From contig JAEOTR010000025.1 in the NCBI GenBank assembly GCA_016839705.1, forward strand, positions 1-64,000: DNA of 64,000 bases. Reading direction: 5' to 3'. Each line of letters begins with the position of its first letter. Position 1 is the stretch's first letter. Shown here piece after piece: positions 8,696 to 17,666 of this stretch. The translations under genes were made by a program, and so were the position numbers. The notes under the pieces are model-generated. The model did no database searches. It was not told where the DNA came from and was given only the letters and a program-made list of their open reading frames with translations. The DNA comes from Promethearchaeota archaeon. GTDB lineage: Archaea > Asgardarchaeota > Lokiarchaeia > Sigyniarchaeales > SOKP01.

Positions 8696-10579
8696 TTAAG
8701 GGATAATCCTTAACTGTTTTAATTTATCTTCTGTTGGTCTTCCCGTTTCCCAATTCCAGCCTCGTCTGGTGTAATACTTCTTTAAGTTATCTTCTAAATC
8801 AAGTTTGACACCCATGATTCTTCCGGAAGGCAAAGATTTTAGAATATGGTTTGGAAGTTTATCATCTTCTCTTGTGATTCCTAAATTACAGCTGATTAAC
8901 CGTTTGAGATTATTAATACGTTCTCCCACTTCCATTAAAGATTTCTTATCGTAATTAAATCCTGTTGCAGCATTAATATACCCAATTATGTTATCAAGTG
9001 GGGGTCCATTCATATTACAATTCACAGCAGAATCATCAATAGCTCTCAAATCTTGAAGATTTGCGATACCTTTTTCGCTTCCTTTTATATTATTTCTTCC
9101 TTTACTTCTTTTTACCTTTATTGATTGATAATTAACGTTCCCTAATTCAGCTCCATACCAGTCACACTTATTATGATCTGCTCCAACACAGCCCGTCATA
9201 TAACTTAATGCTTGTCCTGCAAATGCTCGGGGTTCATGCATAGGTATCTCCAATCCTTTTACATGGGCAGCTAATTCTGGATCTACTTCTAGCTTTTCTG
9301 CCATAATTTTAACTCCTTCAGAAAGTATAGCTCCAATTTCTTCTTTTTTAACAATTTTTTCTATTAACGTTAATATTAATTCCCCGTTTCCCCAATGGAT
9401 ATCCTCTATTTGAATGCTACTAAGATTAGATTTAATTTTTTCAGTACCTAGATTATTTTCAACTAAGTAGATTAAGAATGCAATACTTACTCCACAAGAA
9501 ATTGTATCAATACCATACTTATTACATAGATGATTCGCTAAAATCACTTGTTTAGAATCAAAAAGTCCACAAAGAGTCCCTAAAGCAGCAACAGACTCAT
9601 ATTCTGGACCATCAACTTCAATATCTTCTCCGTTTACCTCAATAATAGTAGCTTTACCACATTTTACGGTACATCCTGCACATCCATAGCTAAACATTGG
9701 ATATTCTTCTTTTAATGTTTTACTTGTTAATTTTTCAGCAAGAAATTCTGCTTCAGTAAAATAATATCCAGGAGTATCACCATTAACCATTCCCAGATCG
9801 AGATAGAAATTAGTGCCATATAAATTAAATAATTGAGATGTTATGTTTCCCATTGGACCTGCGTCTTTTGCAAGTTCTTCTTGTTTTCGTAATTCTTTTC
9901 CGAGATCTTTGTCTGAAATTTCAATTCTTTTCGTTCCACGAATCGCAAGAGCTTTTAGATTTTTCGAACCCATTATTGCCCCTAATCCACACCTTCCAAC
10001 AGCTCTTCCTTCATCATTAATGATTGCTCCATAGTTTACTAAATTTTCTCCACCCTGACCTATACATGCGATTCTAAGATTTGATTGATCAATTTCTTTT
10101 TTTATTAATTCTTGAGTTTCATAGCAATCTTTACCCCATATAGAACTCGCATTTTTAAATTCAATAGTCCCATCGTTTATATACACATACACAGGTTCGT
10201 TTGCTTTGCCAGTAAAAACAATTGCATCATAACCACTGTTACGTAAGGATAAACAAAAATAACCTCCAGAAGTGCCTTCTCCCCATATACCTGTTGCGGG
10301 AGAAATGCCTGTGACTGAATATCTTCCTGAACTCGGTCTAATCGTTCCAGTTACGGGACCAGTAGCAAAAATTAACGGATTGATCTCCGCCAGTAGATTG
10401 GATTTGAGCTGGGTAAGAGCTTCCTCTGAAAGTAAATCATAAGTAATTTTAGCACTTAATCCAGTTCCCCCAAGATATTCTCTTGCAACATTAGGATCTA
10501 GATCTTTAATTTCAAAACTCTTATCAGTTAAATTAACAAACGCAATTTTCCCATTATATCCATATAATTTTTCTGTCAT
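8696..10579 (-). CDS. aor: Aldehyde:ferredoxin oxidoreductase (W-pterin family)
   Basis: GRCGLGAIMGSKNLKA, CAGCTVKC, GPEYE, GIDTISCG, VKGLEIPMHEPR. Confidence 0.92.
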   Translation of the reverse strand: MTEKLYGYNGKIAFVNLTDKSFEIKDLDPNVAREYLGGTGLSAKITYDLLSEEALTQLKSNLLAEINPLIFATGPVTGTIRPSSGRYSVTGISPATGIWGEGTSGGYFCLSLRNSGYDAIVFTGKANEPVYVYINDGTIEFKNASSIWGKDCYETQELIKKEIDQSNLRIACIGQGGENLVNYGAIINDEGRAVGRCGLGAIMGSKNLKALAIRGTKRIEISDKDLGKELRKQEELAKDAGPMGNITSQLFNLYGTNFYLDLGMVNGDTPGYYFTEAEFLAEKLTSKTLKEEYPMFSYGCAGCTVKCGKATIIEVNGEDIEVDGPEYESVAALGTLCGLFDSKQVILANHLCNKYGIDTISCGVSIAFLIYLVENNLGTEKIKSNLSSIQIEDIHWGNGELILTLIEKIVKKEEIGAILSEGVKIMAEKLEVDPELAAHVKGLEIPMHEPRAFAGQALSYMTGCVGADHNKCDWYGAELGNVNYQSIKVKRSKGRNNIKGSEKGIANLQDLRAIDDSAVNCNMNGPPLDNIIGYINAATGFNYDKKSLMEVGERINNLKRLISCNLGITREDDKLPNHILKSLPSGRIMGVKLDLEDNLKKYYTRRGWNWETGRPTEDKLKQLRIIP

Positions 10580-10603
10580 TTTTTCTTTTCCTCTTTTTAT
10601 TAA

Positions 10604-11902
10604 TTAAAAATCAATATCTCTCCCATCCCACGCATATTCATATATTTTTTTATAGGTCTCTTTATGCATCCAACGGGGAGCTAAAAGATCCACAGCATCA
10701 GTTTCTGCATAATTAACTAAAAGATCTATCTTAGCCATGTATTCTTCCCTCGAAATAGTTGGATTTTTTACCTCTTTTATAAAAACCGCTCCATCTATCG
10801 AATGTATGAAATCCTTAATTGCCTGAAGTAATTCCGTAAGCAATGCTTTCCTTTCTTTCCCTTTAGATTCGACTCCGAAAACAGGACATAAATCTTTCCA
10901 TCTATCTGATATCTTTGCTGTATATGCCACGGTGTAAGGAAGAAATAAGCCTACACAAAATCCATGATGCATCTTGAATACTTTTCCCAAACTGTGACCT
11001 AAACCGTGATCGATTCCAACCCTAGTATTACCAAAGCCCATGCCAGCTACTACTGTTGCCATTTGCATTTTTTCACGAGCTTCTAAATCTTTAGCACCAT
11101 ATTTATAAGCTCGAGGTAAATATTTGAGAATTTCTTTTATAGCAGCAATATTCAGAGCATCGTTTAAAGGACCACCCCATGTGGAAACGTATGCTCCTGC
11201 TGAATGAGCAAGTGCATCTAAACCTGTGGCCATTGTTAAGAATGGTGGCATATCTTTCACAAAATCAGTATGCAAAACAGCTATATCTGGAACGAGTTCA
11301 GAATGAGAAAGAGCCAGCTTCTGTGGAGGGTCTCTCGTCGTTATTGTAAGCATAGCGTTACGAGTAACCTCAGATCCCGTTCCTGAAGTTGTAGGAATAG
11401 CAATTAAGAACTTCATCTTTTTACGTAACCCCAAACCTCCAAGTCCTAAAAGTCTATAAAAATTAGCATCGGGATTTTCATATTTAAGCATTATGGCTTT
11501 TGCAGAATCCATTACACTTCCCCCACCAATCGCAATACCCACTGTGGGTTTAAAATCTCTACAAACCTCTGCACCCTCTTCAATCGTAGGGATTGGTCCT
11601 TCTGGTTTCACACCGGACCATACCTTTGACTCAGCCTCTATTGTATTTAACTCTACAATTACTTGATTCGCAAATTTCTCTGTGAAATCATCGGTAATAA
11701 TTAATACTCGTCTTTCATCTTTCTCAAGTCTAGCCTCTAAAAATCCACTCATCTGATTTAATGCATTAATCCCGAAAAATATCTGTGCAGTTCTGAAACT
11801 TCCCATCATCATCTGTGCGGGTGCTCTTCCTAGTACAGCACTTATAAAATCCTTAACCATGTCAAGTTCATAAAGAGGTACATTATCTGGTAAATTTTCC
11901 AA
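10604..11902 (-). CDS. Iron-containing alcohol dehydrogenase
   Basis: GGGSVMDSAK, IPTTSGTGSEVT, GLDALAH, HGLGH...HHG; TTG start with GGTGA upstream. Confidence 0.92.
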   Translation of the reverse strand: MENLPDNVPLYELDMVKDFISAVLGRAPAQMMMGSFRTAQIFFGINALNQMSGFLEARLEKDERRVLIITDDFTEKFANQVIVELNTIEAESKVWSGVKPEGPIPTIEEGAEVCRDFKPTVGIAIGGGSVMDSAKAIMLKYENPDANFYRLLGLGGLGLRKKMKFLIAIPTTSGTGSEVTRNAMLTITTRDPPQKLALSHSELVPDIAVLHTDFVKDMPPFLTMATGLDALAHSAGAYVSTWGGPLNDALNIAAIKEILKYLPRAYKYGAKDLEAREKMQMATVVAGMGFGNTRVGIDHGLGHSLGKVFKMHHGFCVGLFLPYTVAYTAKISDRWKDLCPVFGVESKGKERKALLTELLQAIKDFIHSIDGAVFIKEVKNPTISREEYMAKIDLLVNYAETDAVDLLAPRWMHKETYKKIYEYAWDGRDIDF

Positions 11903-12190
11903 TTTTTATATCACCATAAAATATTAATTTAATTTTTTGATAAAAAGTATTTTAATCTATATCTTTTTTAGTGATTTTACAAGTAATTACTATTTCTAAA
12001 AATTATTGATTAATTCGAAAAAATAAAGAATTTATTGGTAGGATTCCTGACTTTGAAGTAAGTTTCTTAAGCAAAAGAATCTTATTTATTTTCAATTATG
12101 ATTTTGAAAACCATTGATTAATCAATTAACATTTATCGGGATTGGTTAGCTTCATAATCCAATTTGAGCAGTATTAAGTGATTAAGAAAA

Positions 12191-13906
12191 ATGTCAGATA
12201 GCAATCAAGAAGTATCAGAAAAAAAAAATGATGCAGCCTCTTTAAGAGAAAAGTCGTGGGGATACTATTTTAAAGGTGATTATAATAAAGCTTTTGAGTT
12301 AGCAGAGCAAAGTTTGAAAATAGAAGAAAAAAAGAGTAGCAAATTTGGCATCGCCGTTAGCTACCATTTGTTAGGGAATATTTTATTACTAAAAGGTGAG
12401 CGTGATGCAGGTTTAGATTATGCTTATAAGTGTTTAAAACTATTTGAAGAACTAGAAAATAGAGGTTGGATCGCAGCAAGTCTTCACTTGATCGGTCTTG
12501 CCTATAATTTTAAAGGAGATTATAATCAATCGATCAAATTCAGCAAAAAAAGCTTGGATATCAGTGAAATTTCAGATGAAACTAGGGCAAACGTACTTTA
12601 TAATCTAGGGAGTGTCTATAGCATGAAGGGAGAGATTCGGAGAGCTTTGAAATATCTTGAAAGAGGTGCTACGCTTACCGAGGAACAAAATGATTACCTC
12701 CTGTTATCTTTAATTCTATCTCAAATGGGGATGATATATTGGGGCATGAATATTCATGAGAAAAGTAAAGAATACCTTGAGCGCAGTTTAAAAATTTCTG
12801 AGAAATTAAACTATTCGAATGTAATATCATGGTCCCTTTTTGGTTTAATAATGACGGCACTCGATCAGGATCTTCATGACCAAGCTCAGGAACATTTAAG
12901 ATGGTTAAAAGATCATACTGATAAAGCAAAAAGTAAGTTCTTAACTGATATTTATTCTTTTGCAAAATCTCAGGTTCTTTTAAACAGTGGCAGGACTCGA
13001 AACCGGGCACAAGGTGAAATTCTCTTAAGAAAAATTACAGAAGAGGATGTTTCTAACCCTTCCATATATTTAACGGCCCTCTCGTTTTATTGTATGTTTC
13101 TTATAGAAGAACTCGGAACATCTAATGATTTAAAGATTTTGGAAGAATTAAACCCCTTAATTAACCGTATTTTCAAATTAGCTGAAAGAACTCATAATTA
13201 TATTATGCTTGCTTATGTAAAGGTATTTCAAGCAGCAGTAGAATTAATTCAAATGAAGTTCGATGATGCCAAGAAACTATTAACAGAGAGTCTACGTATT
13301 ACCATGTTGCAAGACAATCCAAGATTAGCTCAATATATATCAAGATTATATGATCACTTTCTTGAGCAACAAGATACATGGGAGCAATATAAAGAATCGA
13401 ATGCTCCGATGACAGATAGAATAAAACTTGCCTCTATTAATAGCATATTAAATCGTCTTACAGGAAAGATTCCCGCTGACAGTCCAGAATTGATTAATGA
13501 AGAATCGGTACTTCTTCTAATCACCGCAGAAGGCGGGACACTTATCTTTTCCAATTCCTTTACAAAAGATATTTCCTTTGAAGAAGATCTTGTAAGTAGT
13601 TTTTTATCTGCATTTAATACATTTAGCGGGGAATTGTTTTCAAAGGGTCTTGATAGAGCTAAATTTGGTGAGTATATGATATTAATGGAATCAATAAACT
13701 CCTTCTCAATTTGTTATTTATTTAAAGGGCAGACTTATTCAGCAAAACAAAAATTAACTCAATTTACTGAACGCTTAAAAAGTAATACTCAAGTATTGAA
13801 AGCTTTAGATCGGAGTAATAAAACAAGTCAAGTTCTTGAACTAAGGGACATACCTGCACTTCAAGATTTAATAACGACTGTTTTTATTAAAGGTGGAGTT
13901 AACTAA
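12191..13906 (+). CDS. TPR-repeat protein with C-terminal longin/roadblock-like domain
   Basis: Repeated A/S-x3-LG-x2-Y-x3-G-x-Y-x2-A TPR pattern; C-terminal LLITAEGGTLIFS...LVSSFLSAFNTFSGELF beta-beta-alpha module. Confidence 0.75.
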   Translation: MSDSNQEVSEKKNDAASLREKSWGYYFKGDYNKAFELAEQSLKIEEKKSSKFGIAVSYHLLGNILLLKGERDAGLDYAYKCLKLFEELENRGWIAASLHLIGLAYNFKGDYNQSIKFSKKSLDISEISDETRANVLYNLGSVYSMKGEIRRALKYLERGATLTEEQNDYLLLSLILSQMGMIYWGMNIHEKSKEYLERSLKISEKLNYSNVISWSLFGLIMTALDQDLHDQAQEHLRWLKDHTDKAKSKFLTDIYSFAKSQVLLNSGRTRNRAQGEILLRKITEEDVSNPSIYLTALSFYCMFLIEELGTSNDLKILEELNPLINRIFKLAERTHNYIMLAYVKVFQAAVELIQMKFDDAKKLLTESLRITMLQDNPRLAQYISRLYDHFLEQQDTWEQYKESNAPMTDRIKLASINSILNRLTGKIPADSPELINEESVLLLITAEGGTLIFSNSFTKDISFEEDLVSSFLSAFNTFSGELFSKGLDRAKFGEYMILMESINSFSICYLFKGQTYSAKQKLTQFTERLKSNTQVLKALDRSNKTSQVLELRDIPALQDLITTVFIKGGVN

Positions 13907-13994
13907 AATAACTTTAAAGGCATTTAACCACTTCAGAGTTAATTGAGTTTAAATTGAAAATAATTAAAGAAAAAATAAAAGAAAAAAATAAGAT

Positions 13995-14549
13995 TTATCC
14001 TTCGGATTCCGAAAGAATATCACCAAAGAGTCGTTTAACAGCGTCAATCCGCTTCTCTTCGCCAATTTGCTCAACATCTTTTAATGATATTGCTTCTTTT
14101 GGACAAAGATCAATACATGCAGGATATTTTTCTCCTCTTTCAGGATTGATATAGTCTTCCTTCATCGTATCACATAGATCACAAATTAGCGCTTTTTGCG
14201 ATATTATATGTAAATTCAAAACTCCGAAATCACATGCTCTAATACAAAAAGCACATCCATTGCACTTATCATCATCTACAATAATAGAACCAGTCCTTTT
14301 ATCCTGCTCCAAAGCCTTTTCAGGACAACTTCGAACACATGGTGCGTCATCACACTTCTGGCATGCTAATGCGACGTTTAAGATGGGTTCAATTCTAACT
14401 CTGTGAATTCTAGTATTTATAGGATTAAATTCTCCGTCGTGTACAAAAGAGCATACAGATTCGCAAGTTTCACAACCAGTACACAGATTTGGGTCAACGA
14501 TAATAAATTGATGAACGACTCCGCCTCTCTTTTTAGTCGATTTTGACAT
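13995..14549 (-). CDS. 4Fe-4S polyferredoxin subunit (DmsB/HydN-like), partner of the adjacent AOR
   Basis: CTGCETCESVC, CQKCDDAPCVRSCP, CNGCAFCIRAC, CDLC...PACIDLCP; 3 nt after the AOR stop. Confidence 0.9.
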   Translation of the reverse strand: MSKSTKKRGGVVHQFIIVDPNLCTGCETCESVCSFVHDGEFNPINTRIHRVRIEPILNVALACQKCDDAPCVRSCPEKALEQDKRTGSIIVDDDKCNGCAFCIRACDFGVLNLHIISQKALICDLCDTMKEDYINPERGEKYPACIDLCPKEAISLKDVEQIGEEKRIDAVKRLFGDILSESEG

Positions 14550-14552
14550 CTC

Positions 14553-16487
14553 TTAACTCTTACCTCCCGCTGATTTTAGTTTGCCTATAACAAAGTCTAA
14601 TCCGAGTGCTTTTAAGGTTTCATCCGTTGGAATTCCTGTTTTAGTATCCCAGCCACGAGCCTCAAAATAACCGCTTAATAATTTCTGATACCCATCTTCC
14701 TTCAAAACAACGCCTTTAGCTGGTCCTCTTGTATGTGGTTGTTTAAAGAATCTTTCTGGAGGTCGATCATCTTCTCGCTTCCAACCTTCTCGAATATTAA
14801 AGCATTTGGAGAGATTCACAATCGCTTCTCCTCGGTGCTGAATAGATTTATCAGTCATGGGGATTCCAGTTACTAATTCAAAAACCTTAGCCATCTCTGC
14901 ATCGTTTTCATATATTCCTCGAGTGAATTTACACACTATATAGGAATCGATGATCGCGTAAATATCTTCCAAGTCTTTAATTGCTTTTCCTCTCTCAACT
15001 GGCTTCTCGTAACCAAACCTGTCAAAATTACCCTTAGCATCAAGGCCGTATGAACCATTACGTAAATGGCATGCTCCACGAACAGAAACACTCATTCCAA
15101 CGGCAAAAGAACTCATACCGTGTACATCAAAAGCCGGCATTTCCAAACCCTTTATATGCATGCCATAATAGCTTGCATTTTTCTTACCCATTTCTTCTAA
15201 TCGCTTTCCTGCTTCTCTTGTTCCATCTCCAAAAATCTTACCAGCAAAACCTTTACCAAGAATCATTTCTTCAGTAAATCTGACGAGATTAACTGTCGAT
15301 CCAAAAGGTAATTCATAACCCAAATCTTCTTTGGTAATAATACCTTCTTCATAACACTCCATAGCCATAGCAGCAGTAACGCCACCACTGATAGCGTCGA
15401 TGCCAAGATCATCAGTTAGAGACACACACTTAAACACCGTAGGCCAATCATAATTTCCACAAGCAGATCCAAAACTATAACAAAGCTCTTGATCTATGCT
15501 TGAATAAAGATTGGGCCAGTTAGGGTGATCTTTGGGTATTTTTGTGATATGATCACATCCTATTGAGCATTGAGAACACGCAACTTTCTTCACAACCCAA
15601 TCTTGATTGAGTATATCACCAGTAAAAGTTCCATCATCAACTTTATCCCATGTACCTTCACGATGATTGAAAGTTGGCATCATTCCGAGTTTATTATAAC
15701 TAGTTATCCCGGCAGGAGTGCCTAAATCACGGTATTTAGCTGTAGCAGGTCCATTTGCAACTTTTATTAGTTTCTTAGCTAACTTAAAAAACTCGACTGG
15801 TTGGGCTACACTGATTCCTTTAGTACCTCGAAAACATATTGCTTTAAGGTTTTTTGACCCCATAACCGCGCCCATTCCAGTTCTTCCAGCTTGCCTATTA
15901 CGATCATTAGTGATACATCCCATAAATCCACCGCGTTCTCCTCCTGGGCCAATAGTCATTACTCCTAGGCGCTGATCTTGAAATTCTTCCCTTAAAATTT
16001 CTTCTGTTTCCCAACATCCTTTACCCCAAAGATTGTCTTTGCATGGAACTAAATAATAATCATCGTCATCTACAACCATATAAACAGGTTCGGGGGCTTT
16101 ACCTTTGATTACAATCATATTGATACCAGCACGACGAGCTTGAGCAGCAACTGATCCAGAAGAAATCGCCATACCAAACTGACCTGTTAATGGAGATTTG
16201 GCAAATACTCCATATTTGGAGCTTGTAGGAAGTATTGTTCCCGGAAATGGACCGTGTGCATATACGAACACATTTTCAGGGCTCAGTGGATCAACTCCTG
16301 CGGGACACTCATCCCAAAGTACTTTAGCACCGAATCCATAACCACCAATCCAGTCGCGACAGAATTCATTAGATAATTTAGTTTTACTTATTTTTCCATC
16401 AGTTAGATTTACATCAAGTCGTACTTGAGTAAATCCTTTAACATCATCAGGAACTGGTATTTCCTTAGTTTTACTCATGTTTTTCAC
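14553..16487 (-). CDS. aor: Aldehyde:ferredoxin oxidoreductase (W-pterin family)
   Basis: AGRTGMGAVMGSKNLKA, CSQCSIGC, GIDAISGG, IKGLEMPAFD, RGACH. Confidence 0.92.
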   Translation of the reverse strand: MKNMSKTKEIPVPDDVKGFTQVRLDVNLTDGKISKTKLSNEFCRDWIGGYGFGAKVLWDECPAGVDPLSPENVFVYAHGPFPGTILPTSSKYGVFAKSPLTGQFGMAISSGSVAAQARRAGINMIVIKGKAPEPVYMVVDDDDYYLVPCKDNLWGKGCWETEEILREEFQDQRLGVMTIGPGGERGGFMGCITNDRNRQAGRTGMGAVMGSKNLKAICFRGTKGISVAQPVEFFKLAKKLIKVANGPATAKYRDLGTPAGITSYNKLGMMPTFNHREGTWDKVDDGTFTGDILNQDWVVKKVACSQCSIGCDHITKIPKDHPNWPNLYSSIDQELCYSFGSACGNYDWPTVFKCVSLTDDLGIDAISGGVTAAMAMECYEEGIITKEDLGYELPFGSTVNLVRFTEEMILGKGFAGKIFGDGTREAGKRLEEMGKKNASYYGMHIKGLEMPAFDVHGMSSFAVGMSVSVRGACHLRNGSYGLDAKGNFDRFGYEKPVERGKAIKDLEDIYAIIDSYIVCKFTRGIYENDAEMAKVFELVTGIPMTDKSIQHRGEAIVNLSKCFNIREGWKREDDRPPERFFKQPHTRGPAKGVVLKEDGYQKLLSGYFEARGWDTKTGIPTDETLKALGLDFVIGKLKSAGGKS

Positions 16488-16654
16488 AATTAATTGTGTA
16501 TTTGAATTTTAAAATATTTTAAATCAATATTTATTTTCAATATTTCAGTATTTAATTATTTTCTTGTTAACTCTAGAAATACCTTTCTTTAAATGAGTAA
16601 GACTCTAAAAGAGTAAAAAAGAAAATATATCTTTTAAAACAATTTCAAGAAGAA

Positions 16655-17623
16655 TTAGTTACTTTTAATCCTTGAGCCACATTGCGGACAAAAAGTTGCC
16701 ATCTCACCTAATTTCATTCCACAAAATTCACAAAACTGTTGAGTAGCTTTAGATTTATCCTCTTTTAAATCTGAAATAGGGGGAAAAGGCTGATCTTCTT
16801 TTTCTTCTTTAATTAAAGGGGATTCCAGAATTTTTTCAACTCTAAGATCAGGTTTTTCTGCCACAATTTTTTCTTCTTTTGTAACTGAGACTAGCGAAAT
16901 TTTTTGATCCTCTTCAGCTTTTTTTCCACATTTAAAACAATATATTGCTTCTATGTATAACCGCTGCCCACAATGAGGACATTTTTTAATTGATTCTTCT
17001 TCTAATTTTCTGGATGGGGATGGCATCGTTTTTATTTCTTTAACTCTTACTTGGGGTGTTGACGTTGAGACAGTGTATTCTCGTTTATACCGACGTTCAG
17101 TCCGACGAGTAGTTTTTTTCTTATTAGATATAAATGCACATGCAGATATTATTATTATCACAAAAATAATAATAATTCCTATCTGTATGGAAAATTCTGG
17201 AGGAAAAGAGGGGTAAGTGTCCGAAAATTCTCTAATATCTTGGGTATTACCATTAAAAATATTATCTGTGATCTCATTATTATAATAATAATATAGATAA
17301 ATGCCGATATAATTATTATTAAGTGTGTTTTCTGTGATTTCGTTATTATCACTAAACCGTAAATAGATCCCATAATCATTAAAAGACACGGTGTTTGCTA
17401 CAATCATATTATTATGACTGCTTTGTAAATCCACTCCATGATCACCATTGTTATATAGAACATTGTCAAAAATATAGTTATAATCACTATACCATATTCT
17501 TATTGCATCTAGACGATTATCACTTACAACATTTCTAATAATATCATTGAAATTACTATTCTCTAGGAGTATTCCATTAGAAGCGTTATATACAACATTG
17601 TAAATTAATTGCCCATTTCCAAT
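16655..17623 (-). pseudogene. 5'-truncated NosD/right-handed beta-helix surface protein with TM helix and two C-terminal zinc ribbons
   Basis: Beta-helix repeats (N..GI.L..S..N.I..N) continue 63 codons upstream of the called GTG (17434) to an in-frame TAA at 17624-17626 with no ATG or signal peptide; CPHC/CFKC and CEFC/CPQC ribbons. Confidence 0.55.
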
Positions 17624-17666
17624 TTACCCCTTTCGTAATCGAAAAATAAAGAAATAATAGTAATAA

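Noticed and set aside
12113-12126. Palindrome ATTGATTAATCAAT in the adh/TPR divergent spacer
   Set aside because: Almost all A/T, so likely by chance at this base composition
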